A DNA stretch of 64,000 bases from Amphiscolops sp. MND2022 (taxonomy: Eukaryota), in NCBI GenBank assembly GCA_964187785.1, contig OZ076418.1, forward strand, positions 41,478,001 through 41,542,000, given 5' to 3'. The translations under genes and the position numbers were made by a program. The notes beneath the pieces were generated by a model. That model saw only the letters and a list, made by a program, of their open reading frames with translations. It searched no databases and was not told where the DNA came from. Shown here in pieces: positions 22,144 to 32,400 of the stretch; positions within the stretch are counted from its first letter, which is position 1; every line of letters begins with the position of its first letter.

Positions 22144-25100
22144 TCAACTTTTTTCCAGCGCTTCATATATTATCAGAGGGTTATTCGGTCTTGTCCGTTT
22201 CGGGGGAATGTATACTAACTCGCTCTCGGATTCTTCTGATGATATGAACCCTGGATCAACGTCGTCGTCTGAAAAGAGTTCGGAATCAGCATCGCCCTCG
22301 TCTTGCTCATGGCCTAACCGCTCACACGAGTGTTTTGTTACAATGAAATCTCTAGCATTCAACAAAAGACTAGGATCTTCTTTTGTGATTGTGCTTTTAC
22401 TGATAAAATTTGTGCTAGATGCCTTGTAGTGACCAAAAGCCAGCGTTTCATGTCCTTCTGTCATGTACCGTTTATTATCTACACTACTGAGAACGATTTT
22501 GTCACATTCTTCCACAAAGAGCTCCAAGTTATGAGATCTTAAGGTTCGCATTTTCTCTTTGACGGTGAGATTCTCTCGGAGCACTTCTTTGTACAGCTCG
22601 TGGTGTAGAGTTTTCTGTATTGTTTTCGTCACCCCTTTTGCACATTTTTTAATTTTGTTTGACGCTGAGATGCTATACATTTTCGCTTTCAAGCCGACGT
22701 ACTCATCGATCACCACACCATTCATCTCATCCTTCATCTTCAGCACCTTTCTCTTGTTGCTATCGCTGTACAACGGGTGATCTTTTGGGTAGTCCGAAAA
22801 ATCGAACACCTCTTGCATGGATTCAAAATCTTTGTATAAATCTTCAGTTTCAATAGCTAGTAAAAGCGAGTCTGTGTCTGAATACAAAAGTTTTGCCTGA
22901 TCACCATACTTTGGTTTTACTGTTTCATACAAAAACCTATACATGACCAATTTTGATAAGTCCAAAACGGAAGCTCCGATGTAGGTTGGTTTATTCCAAG
23001 TTACTATTGTCTTGCTCATCAACACGGCGCAGAGGTCAGGATGAAATATTTTGAAAGATTTGAAATTCGGTTTGCTGATGTATTTTTGACACTGATCCTC
23101 ATCGGTAAAAAGTTTAATGTTTTGTCGATTCATCAAATCTTCCATTGACTTGCCAAACACCGAGTTATTGAGCAGTTTCCCGAGATCTTTCAAACAATCG
23201 GTTTTGGCTGTACGTCTGATGCTTGTATTGATGTCTATGTAGGTTTTCATCCAGGGGCTCTGTTCAAATTTTATTATTCGGTGAACTTTGGAAATGACAA
23301 GACCATGTCGCACGTAAAATTTCAATATCCTGTAGTGACAGACGTAAAACTGCTTCCCATGGAAGGTTTGTAATAGCTTCATAGTTCTGCCCGAGTCACA
23401 ACTGGTTTCTGATTGCCACATTGATAGCATTTCTTTGGTGATTTCCATGTGATCTGGTGCCAAAGGGTAATCGTTATGTTGATCATGCAGCTCTGATGGG
23501 TATTCTAAGTCTAAAACCACGAAATAACCATGCGGAGAGCTGTCACTGGTCGCCAAAACGTCTTCGATTGATATTTTTACATCTGAGAAATTTCCTGAAG
23601 GTAAGTTTTCACACATAACTCCTCCATATAAATTGTTTGCGTCCAATAGGATTAACCACGTTGTCGGCTTTGTATCCTCATAGTTCTCACATCTTGGGTT
23701 ATTTGCTTGAAAGTAACGACTGTGGTAGACACCACACATGCCACCCCTTATTCCCCTCCTCACGATGTCTAGGTGATCCTTTTCGGCGAGTATATCTAGC
23801 TTCACTTTCGTAGTTTTCAGCATTGCGTTCCATGCGAAATGGGGGGCTGTTAAAAAGTGGGCTGGGTCTAGATTAAAGTGGTGGAAACACAATTTCCGGA
23901 AGTTTTCAAACACATCAGCCAAAGTAGTAACGTCTACTCGTAAATAAATATCGTGATACTCGCCTAGATTATGAATTTGAAGTGCATGCCACACGTCTTT
24001 GGCATGCTGGTAGTCGGATTCAGAGATTCGCTCATTGGTTAGAGTATTTATCCAAATATCCGGTAACTTAGTTTCGCTGAATTTCGTGAAAGAATCCACA
24101 TAACTATATGGATACACACCTTTCTGGAGAATAAGGTTTTCTTGTTCCTTTGTTAGATACGCAAAAATATGGTTAAACGAAGGAAATGGTAAAGAGTCAG
24201 CTTTCATGGTCTCTATGAGGCTGCTCAGAGATTTTGCTTGAAATCGGTAACTGTCAATGAATCGGAGCCTCTCGAATGTAGTTTTCCTTTCGTTGTTTTT
24301 GTTTTGAAATGTTCCCGTGGGTATCGATATTGAGAAGCTGATAAACTCTTCCGAGTTGTTGGCAATACAATCTAGTTTTTCGTCCTCCTCTCCACGTTGA
24401 TAATATCTCAGAATTTGTTTGAAGTCATATTTCGACCCATTATGGAAAACTATCGGGGTGAAATTTGTGGTTCTACATGATGAATTGCAGTTTTTATGGG
24501 CAATACCACGGAATTCTCCATTCAGGTGATTGTGATCAATGACGCGATCTGACTCGAGAACTTCCCCGCAAATTGAGCAATGCGTAGCCTGCTCCAAAAG
24601 TTTTTCATCACCGTAATTTTTTCTATATATGGGGAACTTTCGTTTGCTTTTGTAAATATCCTTGGCCCAGAGGCGCATTGTATCCAGGAATTGATTAATA
24701 CAATTTTCATTTCTGCTGAAAAAAGTTTTGCAGACCTTTCCTTCCCCATTCAGACAAATAGCAAAAATACCACAAGGTATTTGTTTTTCAATTTTCCGAG
24801 TGCTTGCCTTGTTTTGAGGCTCGTTCACTTTGGGGGTTATAGCTTCCATATCTGCATAAATGATAAATGGCACTCGCATGGTAGCGGAGAAATTTTTCCA
24901 AAACATCTGAGTGTTGGATTTCATCTTGATGCGACAGGGTTTTTCTGCACAAATCATTTTGTGATTTTCGAAGGAGTCTTGTCCATAACTACCACATAGA
25001 CATTTGCGACAGTAAAATTGATTCTTCTTTTTTGTTTGTCTTCTCATGAAAGCTTGAAAATTCGTGATGAGACAGTAATGAAACTTACCATCTTCCTCCA

Positions 25101-26130
25101 GCAGTAGAAGATCAATAGGATAATAATCTTTATGAGATATACGGAGGGGGTAAACATCTTTGTCGATAGCAAAAACATTGATTGATAATTTGTTTTCATC
25201 CTCAATTTTTTCAATGTCTTTCAGCTTCACAGGTGTTTCTACCTGAGACATATCAGGACCACTCAATGTTTTGTATACTCCTGGTCGGTTTCGATTTTTG
25301 CTGATCGTCAAATAGTGTTGGGCGGCCTTGATACAGAGTTCGAAACAATTGTTTGATTTCAAAGTTTTTATATTGAGGAGAAAATGGTTGTTGGCGAACT
25401 TTCTTGGAGTTGGAATAAAGGTTCCAACTTTAATTGGTGTATGTTTTGCAAAGTTCAGGCCCAAGTTCAATATTTTTTTCACGGTCCATCCTGATCCATG
25501 CTGGCAAAAGTTTTCGAACTTTTTCAATATCTGATGTTTCAAATCCGTGTAGATCGCAGGTGTAAGGCCATCGCTATAAAGCGTCTGCATTTTTGAAATG
25601 AAACAAGTGTCTATTTCGATTTCCTTAGTGGGCTTGAAAAGTTTTACACAGAGAGAGAGTTGAAATTTAATGCTTGATTGAGTCTGCAAATCAGTCTGTA
25701 CTAATGAAGATATACGTTCAAAATATTGGTCGAGGAAAGTTACTGGGTCTAAAATCAAAGCTTTTGGAGTGATTGATAAAACTTTCAAATAATTTTTTCT
25801 GGTACTTTCCACCAGTCGATAGTCGTCCTCTTCACAGCTTCGAGCCGTTTCGTTGTCTGCTGTCACTCGATGGACCTTTTGATTTTGTTTCACTTCGGTT
25901 TCGTTAACGAACTGCGAATCGCAACTGTTGAAGGAAATGCTCGAACGATGTAAACGTTTCTGATGACGTTTGAGAGCATGTCTTGTTGTGAAAGTTTGAT
26001 TACAAAGATTACAAATATAATTCATAGCTCGAGATGGTCCAATATTGTGTTTTTGTTTCAAATGCTTTGTTAAACTATTCTTCCATTTGTAACTTTTTGG
26101 ACACAGCTCACAATTGAAATTTGAATTCAT
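22144..26130 (-). CDS. polB: Protein-primed family B DNA polymerase, intronless, 1328 aa, N-terminal C2H2 fingers, acidic C-tail
   Basis: IYADMEA, FHNGSKYD, DVTTLADVFE, LDANNLYG, KLLNNSVFGK, YSDTDS, AKGV. OTU-like CFELCIKAA and HYCLI, and an EndoVII-like CSICG...DHNHLNG insert. Confidence 0.96.
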   Translation of the reverse strand: MNSNFNCELCPKSYKWKNSLTKHLKQKHNIGPSRAMNYICNLCNQTFTTRHALKRHQKRLHRSSISFNSCDSQFVNETEVKQNQKVHRVTADNETARSCEEDDYRLVESTRKNYLKVLSITPKALILDPVTFLDQYFERISSLVQTDLQTQSSIKFQLSLCVKLFKPTKEIEIDTCFISKMQTLYSDGLTPAIYTDLKHQILKKFENFCQHGSGWTVKKILNLGLNFAKHTPIKVGTFIPTPRKFANNHFLLNIKTLKSNNCFELCIKAAQHYLTISKNRNRPGVYKTLSGPDMSQVETPVKLKDIEKIEDENKLSINVFAIDKDVYPLRISHKDYYPIDLLLLEEDGKFHYCLITNFQAFMRRQTKKKNQFYCRKCLCGSYGQDSFENHKMICAEKPCRIKMKSNTQMFWKNFSATMRVPFIIYADMEAITPKVNEPQNKASTRKIEKQIPCGIFAICLNGEGKVCKTFFSRNENCINQFLDTMRLWAKDIYKSKRKFPIYRKNYGDEKLLEQATHCSICGEVLESDRVIDHNHLNGEFRGIAHKNCNSSCRTTNFTPIVFHNGSKYDFKQILRYYQRGEEDEKLDCIANNSEEFISFSISIPTGTFQNKNNERKTTFERLRFIDSYRFQAKSLSSLIETMKADSLPFPSFNHIFAYLTKEQENLILQKGVYPYSYVDSFTKFSETKLPDIWINTLTNERISESDYQHAKDVWHALQIHNLGEYHDIYLRVDVTTLADVFENFRKLCFHHFNLDPAHFLTAPHFAWNAMLKTTKVKLDILAEKDHLDIVRRGIRGGMCGVYHSRYFQANNPRCENYEDTKPTTWLILLDANNLYGGVMCENLPSGNFSDVKISIEDVLATSDSSPHGYFVVLDLEYPSELHDQHNDYPLAPDHMEITKEMLSMWQSETSCDSGRTMKLLQTFHGKQFYVCHYRILKFYVRHGLVISKVHRIIKFEQSPWMKTYIDINTSIRRTAKTDCLKDLGKLLNNSVFGKSMEDLMNRQNIKLFTDEDQCQKYISKPNFKSFKIFHPDLCAVLMSKTIVTWNKPTYIGASVLDLSKLVMYRFLYETVKPKYGDQAKLLYSDTDSLLLAIETEDLYKDFESMQEVFDFSDYPKDHPLYSDSNKRKVLKMKDEMNGVVIDEYVGLKAKMYSISASNKIKKCAKGVTKTIQKTLHHELYKEVLRENLTVKEKMRTLRSHNLELFVEECDKIVLSSVDNKRYMTEGHETLAFGHYKASSTNFISKSTITKEDPSLLLNARDFIVTKHSCERLGHEQDEGDADSELFSDDDVDPGFISSEESESELVYIPPKRTRPNNPLIIYEALEKS

Positions 26131-26579
26131 TTTATAATGGAAATGTTTTAATGACTTGCCGACTCGATTCTACTGCAGTTGAGAATTTTTGTAAATTCCG
26201 TTATAAAACTGCAATCCGCAACCAATCAGTTGGTACTTTGACCTGTATTTGAATCACATGTGGCGTCTAGACAGCTGTCTGAAACCACATATGGTGTCTA
26301 GACATCACCATACTTCTGCTTCTCACAATTTAACTTTGACCTTGAAATCTTTTGAAAATCAATCTGATTCAATTCAAAATGTCAATAATACTACAACTCA
26401 ACTGGTTAGCTGTGTTAATTCATATTTATCGACTGTTTCAGCTACAGCAAGGTGAAATACCATAAAAGCTAATTAGGTAGTTAAAATTTAATTATCGTGA
26501 GTTTGATCCTTTTTAAATTATTGAGTTTGGTAATTTTTTAAATCTGAGCAAACTTGAATGCATTGCGTTGTTTGTGTGA

Positions 26580-27367
26580 TTAATCTTGCTCGGTCAATTT
26601 TCTAGCTAGAGCGCAAACTCCATATTCACTACTGAACGCCGTACTGAGATCATAGCAGAGGGCGTGGAGATTGTCATTGTATGGCTGCACTTGGTCTCCA
26701 GTGACGTAGTACTGAACTGGGTTCACTGTTGCCGAACTGTTGAATCGCGGTATCACAAAATCCATGTTGGAGGCCCTGGAACAACCAGAAAGTACACGCT
26801 TTAATTGGTCAGTCATGGTGACCGTCCACACTCTGGCTGAACACAGTGAATCCCGAGCGGTTTGATGAATATAGGTTTCGTAAAACCCACTGAGATCTTT
26901 TCCCCACATGAAAACTATGATGAACCTGAAACAAAGCAGTCTTTCAGCATATTCATGGAAAACAGGATTGAAGACGACTGTTTTCAGGTTTGAACTACTG
27001 AATAAATCTTCGTTTCGCTACGATTATAAAACCTTGATGTTATTCCATATTTGATTTTTCACGTTTCCTAATTAAATGACTACGCTTCAACATAATTTTG
27101 TCAGAGTGCAATGAAATTAAACTAAATGTCAATTTTTGCTAGAATTGCAAATTGATTCCAGCTCACCAAAATTGGAAAAATCAAAAATTTAACTTACTCG
27201 ATTTCTGGGGCGTTTTTCTGTGACAATATGAAGTCCTTCATGTTCGACAAAGTTGAGTGTTTGTGTATACTGGTGTTGGGATATTCAACATCAACTACTT
27301 TTATTTGCTGTCCCAACGATGTAAATCCAAAGATCTTTGTATTTTGATTATTGAATATATCTGACAT
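26580..27367 (-). CDS. Spliced orphan gene of Polinton 2 (exons 27367-27198, 26925-26580; 171 aa), weak SGNH/GDSL-like pattern
   Basis: Donor GA|GTAAGT at 27197 and acceptor TTTGTTTCAG|G at 26926 join in phase 2 to give an uninterrupted ORF (MSDIFNNQ...NAPEIE|FIIVFMWGKDL...LTEQD). Confidence 0.55.
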
Positions 27368-27863
27368 TTTTGTTGGTACTATCTCCTCGGATAATTTTGA
27401 ACTGAATGATTGCTTCTACAGCTTTCCAAAGTTCCAGCAAACAGTCGAACTTCCCCAGATAGAATCAACCAATAGCTTAAATCAATCCAAAAAGTTGCTC
27501 CAAAATTGTTAGGTACTGTTGTTTCGTTCACTTTGGAATTCAGAATATTTTCTAACACCATCCAATATTACATTGACCGGTTTTACTTATTTCACTTTCA
27601 ATTCATTTCCAATCCACTTTTCAAAAGCAAGTCGAAGCGATTCAGCAATATTTCCCAGTATCGAATTAACTGTCCTGTTTCCCATCTAATTGCATTCAGA
27701 ATTTTCAAGCCGAAACAAATCATTTGTAAAGAAAATACTTCAGAGCGACGATATTATCTTATATTCATTCGTTATAAATGAAAGCGATTCGGAATTTCAA
27801 CCACTTAAACTGAATGCTTGTCTTAGTTTTTGATCGTCGACCAGAATCAGAAAGCTAGGTATA

Positions 27864-28196
27864 TTGAAAGAATTTTTTTTGTTGGCAACAAAACAGTTAA
27901 TTCAGATGCATTTTTCCAACTTCAAATGGTCTTCTCTGTACCTGAAAAAGACGTTCCACATAACAGCAGCTGAAATATACAGCAACAATTTAGTTTTGCT
28001 GGTATCAACGGAGAGCGGTGCAGACACTACGAAGGTCTTTGAGTATATGACTCCAGAGTGGATCGAGTTGACACTATACTTCCACCACCACAAAACAATG
28101 AAGTCTGTGACAAGGAGGGAACGCATAAGATATCTGGTGTTCCGGAAACGCCTTTTAAACCTTTTTGTTCACCAAAAACCCCCTTCCATGGAGTGA
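27864..28196 (+). CDS. Hypothetical Polinton accessory ORF
   Basis: 110-aa ORF with protein-like composition (VFEYMTPEWIELTLYF...RERIRYLVFRK) next to the right TIR. No motif recognised. Confidence 0.3.
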   Translation: MKEFFLLATKQLIQMHFSNFKWSSLYLKKTFHITAAEIYSNNLVLLVSTESGADTTKVFEYMTPEWIELTLYFHHHKTMKSVTRRERIRYLVFRKRLLNLFVHQKPPSME

Positions 28197-28544
28197 TTTG
28201 TACATATCAATAGCAATGATCCTTATATGATTTGTGTTTTTATAGAAATTATCTTCTTTTATGATGAATGGTAAGAACGTATATTTTAATAATATCCTAT
28301 AAATACCAGCACACTTCCAAGTACTATTTTGGCTCTGACAAGAACCTAAAGAATTACAACCGTAATGATAGTAAGTTAGTTACTTGGTTGGTTGGTAGCT
28401 TAGTTAGTTGTTGCTTGCTTGAAGAGGGATTGTTGACCACCGCCATTAGGCTACTGCCGTGATTAAAATCACCAAGTTAATAATAGCTTGCTTCAACCTA
28501 AAGTCTTCTTGTCAGCGATACATGTTTCTATAATTTCGTTTCTA

Positions 28545-28704
28545 CTCCACCAAAAATGTCGGGTGGGGTCCACCATAAAAGAATATTCACCGCCGCTGTT
28601 TATTAAACACGTCGGCTATACACTTTTTATAACATTCACTCCACCAAGAATGTCGGTGGGATCCATCATAAAAGAAAATTCACCGCCGCTATTTAATAAA
28701 CACG
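28545..28704. repeat. Subterminal ~94-bp period direct repeat (2 copies of a ~65-bp block)
   Basis: CTCCACCAA..ATGTCGG...ATAAAAGAA.ATTCACCGCCGCT.TTTA.TAAACACG at 28545 and 28639. Confidence 0.85.
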
Positions 28705-28726
28705 AGATTGCAAACACACTTTACTG

Positions 28727-28981
28727 TCAAAACCGCTTGACAATTGTAAACAAAAACCACTTGAGAATTCAACTCACGCAAAGCAAACATATGGCTCGCA
28801 TAAGCTCTGCTAAAATTAAAGTCAAATATGGAGGTCCTCAAATTTGGACACCACCCAGCTTCCTTTTATGAAGGGTCCTAAAAATTGGACCGCAAGGACC
28901 CCCCCCCCTGTTGAAAGGCCGGCGGGCCTTTTTGGCTCAAAGCGCAAAAAGTGATCTGTCCTTCCTGGTATTTACACTACT
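28727..28981 (-). repeat. Right terminal inverted repeat of Polinton 2
   Basis: Reverse complement of 14315-14566, followed by the TSD AGAATT. Confidence 0.95.
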
Positions 28982-29494
28982 AGAATTGAAACAGTGCCTG
29001 GTAAAGGGTGTGTTTCCCGAAATGATAGAACACAATCCAATTCGCCAGACACCTCTGAATAAACAATCGAAACTAACTTTGTTCCAAATAAAACAATTTA
29101 CAGTCAACATTGAAAAAATTATTCTCTCGAAAAATGGGTGAATATCTACAACTATCGCACCAACATTCTTTATAAAACGCCAAGGAAATAACAGTTAACG
29201 TGATTTTTTTAAGTTCACTCAGCTGTTGCCAAAACAAATTCGATAAAAAAGTTTGTTGCAAGATGAAAAATGGACTAACTTTGCTCAGCCTTCAATAAGT
29301 ACGTTGATAGCCCTAATGAAGAAATTCAAAATAACAATCAGGAAGATATTGTTGAATCTTGTGAGGTAAACTAATTGAACCATGTTTCAAGTTCAGTAAC
29401 GAATCAGGAGAAAACTTAAGACAAGGGATAAAAGTAGGTCAACTTCAAAAATATTTCGTGTTATTTTGTCTTCATACAATTTTTTTTGAGAAAT

Positions 29495-32400
29495 TCATGT
29501 AGCAGTAATCACATCAAGCTTTTCTTTGGAATGAACTCTCTCATGTCGCTTCAAATAATCCAATCGAGTGAACTTGGCATCACAGTAGCTGCAATCGACA
29601 GACTTGTCATTTACGTAATACGCTTTCACACATTAGCCCTACTGTATTTTACAGAAATGACATCCATTCGAGCAGGGTTCGGAAAAAAATTTTGAAAAAA
29701 AATGTGTTTAAAACGTTTAAAACATTGAAATTTTCTGTTTAAAACATGTTCAAAACTCTAGATCTATCACAAATTTGTCTAACACTAAACGACCTAAAAA
29801 TTGAGTTCCCTACAGGATGCGAATACAGAAAGCAAGTTCGTTGGCTTTCTCAATTTAGAGTCGATTCGGTGTTTGATTGTGGACGAAGCCCAGGGTGCTG
29901 AAAATTGGTTCCAAGCCTGCCGAACTTCGAATAAAAACCAGAAGCGCATCGGCAATTTTCTTGATGTATTCCGCCAAATTACCCAAGATTACTTGTAATT
30001 TTAGGAACTTGAAAATATCTATAACTGAAATAAAAACAATTGAACAAAATGAAAGTTTTTGTCATGTTTAAAACTGTTTAAAACATGTTTAAATCGCGTT
30101 TAAAACACGGCATGTTTTAAACATGCGAATCCTGCACACGAGTAATGGTAGCTGAATTCATCGAAAAAGTACCAACTGCTTAGGACATTTGTGTGATCGT
30201 CACTTGAAAAGTTAGAGCTTTGTACAAACCGGTATTTTATCACTGCTGATTTTCAATCGTTTAAAAAAACTTGCATAGAATATTGACATTTCAATTCGTG
30301 CATGCAATGAGTCATAGTCAATAAATTGTCACTGACCACCAATGATCCAGAATAAACGTAGTTTTTTGATTTTATAAGAACAGCATAATTAACGTTCATA
30401 CCTGAGAAGTGTACTTTTTTGACAAATGCATCAAAATGACAAGCCTGCAAGCATAAGGCTTCTCTCCTGTATGAATTCGCTCGTGTCTCTTCAAATGTGG
30501 TAACTGTGGAAACTTGGCGTCACAGTAGCTGCAAGCATAAGGCTTTTCTCCTGTATGAATTCGCTCATGAGTCTTCAAATCTGTCGGTTGAGTAAACTTG
30601 GCATCACAGTAGCTGCAAGCATAAGGCTTTTCTCCTGTATGAATTCGCTCGTGTCTCTTCAAATCTGTCGGTTGAGTAAACTTGGCATCACAGTAGCTGC
30701 AAGCATAAGGCTTCTCTCCTGTATGAATTCGCTCGTGTCTCTTCAAATTTGTCAATTTGGTAAACTTGGCATCACAGTCGCTGCAAGCATAAGGCTTTTC
30801 TCCTGTATGAATTCGCTCATGAGTCTTCAAATTTGCCGGTTGAGTAAACTTGGCATCACAGTAGCTGCAAGCATAAGGCTTTTCTCCAGTGTGAATACGT
30901 TCATGCCTCACCAAATCACGCTTCACAGCGAATTTAGCATCACAGAAACTACAGACAAACTTTCTCTCACGTCCGTTCTTCTCATTCACACTTTTCCCCA
31001 CTGTTATTCGCACTTTCTTCGCGGCATTACTCGATTTCTGTTCTTTCAGCTTCCTAGTGCTTCTTGCAGGTATCTTGATTGCATACCTGAATGAAGCCCA
31101 GATTTTATACAACTTTCCCTTAATTTGGCCCATCGACTGATTGCATTAGCGGTTCAGTATGACGGTATATCGAATAAATTCTTCCTTCGACATTTTATTT
31201 CAACATTACTAAGCTCTTTGGGTCCCCCTAATTTTCATACAAGATAAATGCAATTTTATTTTTCTAGAAAGCATTTCCCTATACGAGGATTTTTTGCCAT
31301 AAATAGGTTGACGTTAAATTCCAGCTTGTCGATATAATCAGTGTAACACACTAAGGTACAATAAGCTGAAGACACATGATTTCGCTAACGAATAAATTTT
31401 TACATATTCAGTTGAAGCAAAAATCTCATTCAGTTGAAGCAAAAATCTCCGTAGAAAGATTTTGATCAGAATTACAGAGCATTGTTTGAAATCAAACAAA
31501 AAAAACAATCTATAACAGCTTATTTTTGAAAAACTTTCAACCTTCGGCTCAGATCTCTATATTTAGACTTTTTTCTGAAAACGCCATCCTAATGAATGTT
31601 GCACCGCGAAATCATTACGAAATGCCAACTCCAGTTTTTACTCCGTTGAAAAATGTTTTGAAAAAATTGCAGTTTTTACTGTTGATTTTTCAAGAAAGCA
31701 TTTTCAAAATAAGTGTTAACCTTAACTGGACGAGGAAATTTCCGGATCCATCCAAAAATCTGCTGCTTCAACTTTAAACCGCAATATCTCCAAATCTATT
31801 CAAGTCCCGACAAACGGTTTATAGAGCGTTCGAAAGAGGACTTTCGAATAAATTTTTTAAACTGCTGTACTGGCTCCGAACTTTGCACGCCTCGTGCCTC
31901 TGACTACATTTCAGCGTGTTTGAAAACAGGCTAGAGCCATTTTGACCCAATCTTGATACCAGTGGGATAATGTTGCCACAAACGAAAACTTGAACAAGAC
32001 GGGAACGTCTAAAGTCGGCGCTATATCTAAGGCTCAAAAAGCGCAGAGTTTTCTAAATATGCCCAGGATGTATTCATGAAAAGCTTTGAAAACACTTTCG
32101 AGACACCCAAAGTGTGCCTTTCATGCTCGATATGACTGGAAAATCAGTTTTCCCGACTGGAAACAAAAAAATTTCGAAAACGTCGCATAGTGCCGAAAAA
32201 TGAAAAGGGGGGACCCTTTGGGATTCATTAACATACTTTTTGTTGCAAAATATCAAAAAATCCGAAGGGGGGACTCTTTTGAGACATCAAAAATTTTCGA
32301 GAAAAAAAATTCGCACAGTGCCGAAAAAAAAATTGAAAGGGGGGCCCTTTGGAGTCTTCCGGTTTTGTTGGTTACGTAAAAAAGGTAAAATACGAAAGGG

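Larger units (their letters stand above)
14315..28981. mobile_element. Complete-ended Polinton/Maverick element 2 (14,667 bp), capsid- and integrase-less
   Basis: Starts AGTAGTGTAAATACC and ends GGTATTTACACTACT. TIRs of ~252-255 bp. Perfect 6-bp TSD AGAATT at 14309-14314 and 28982-28987. Contains an intact pPolB. Confidence 0.95.

Noticed and set aside
30555-31094. 179-aa plus-strand repetitive ORF
   Set aside because: Antisense shadow of the zinc-finger array.
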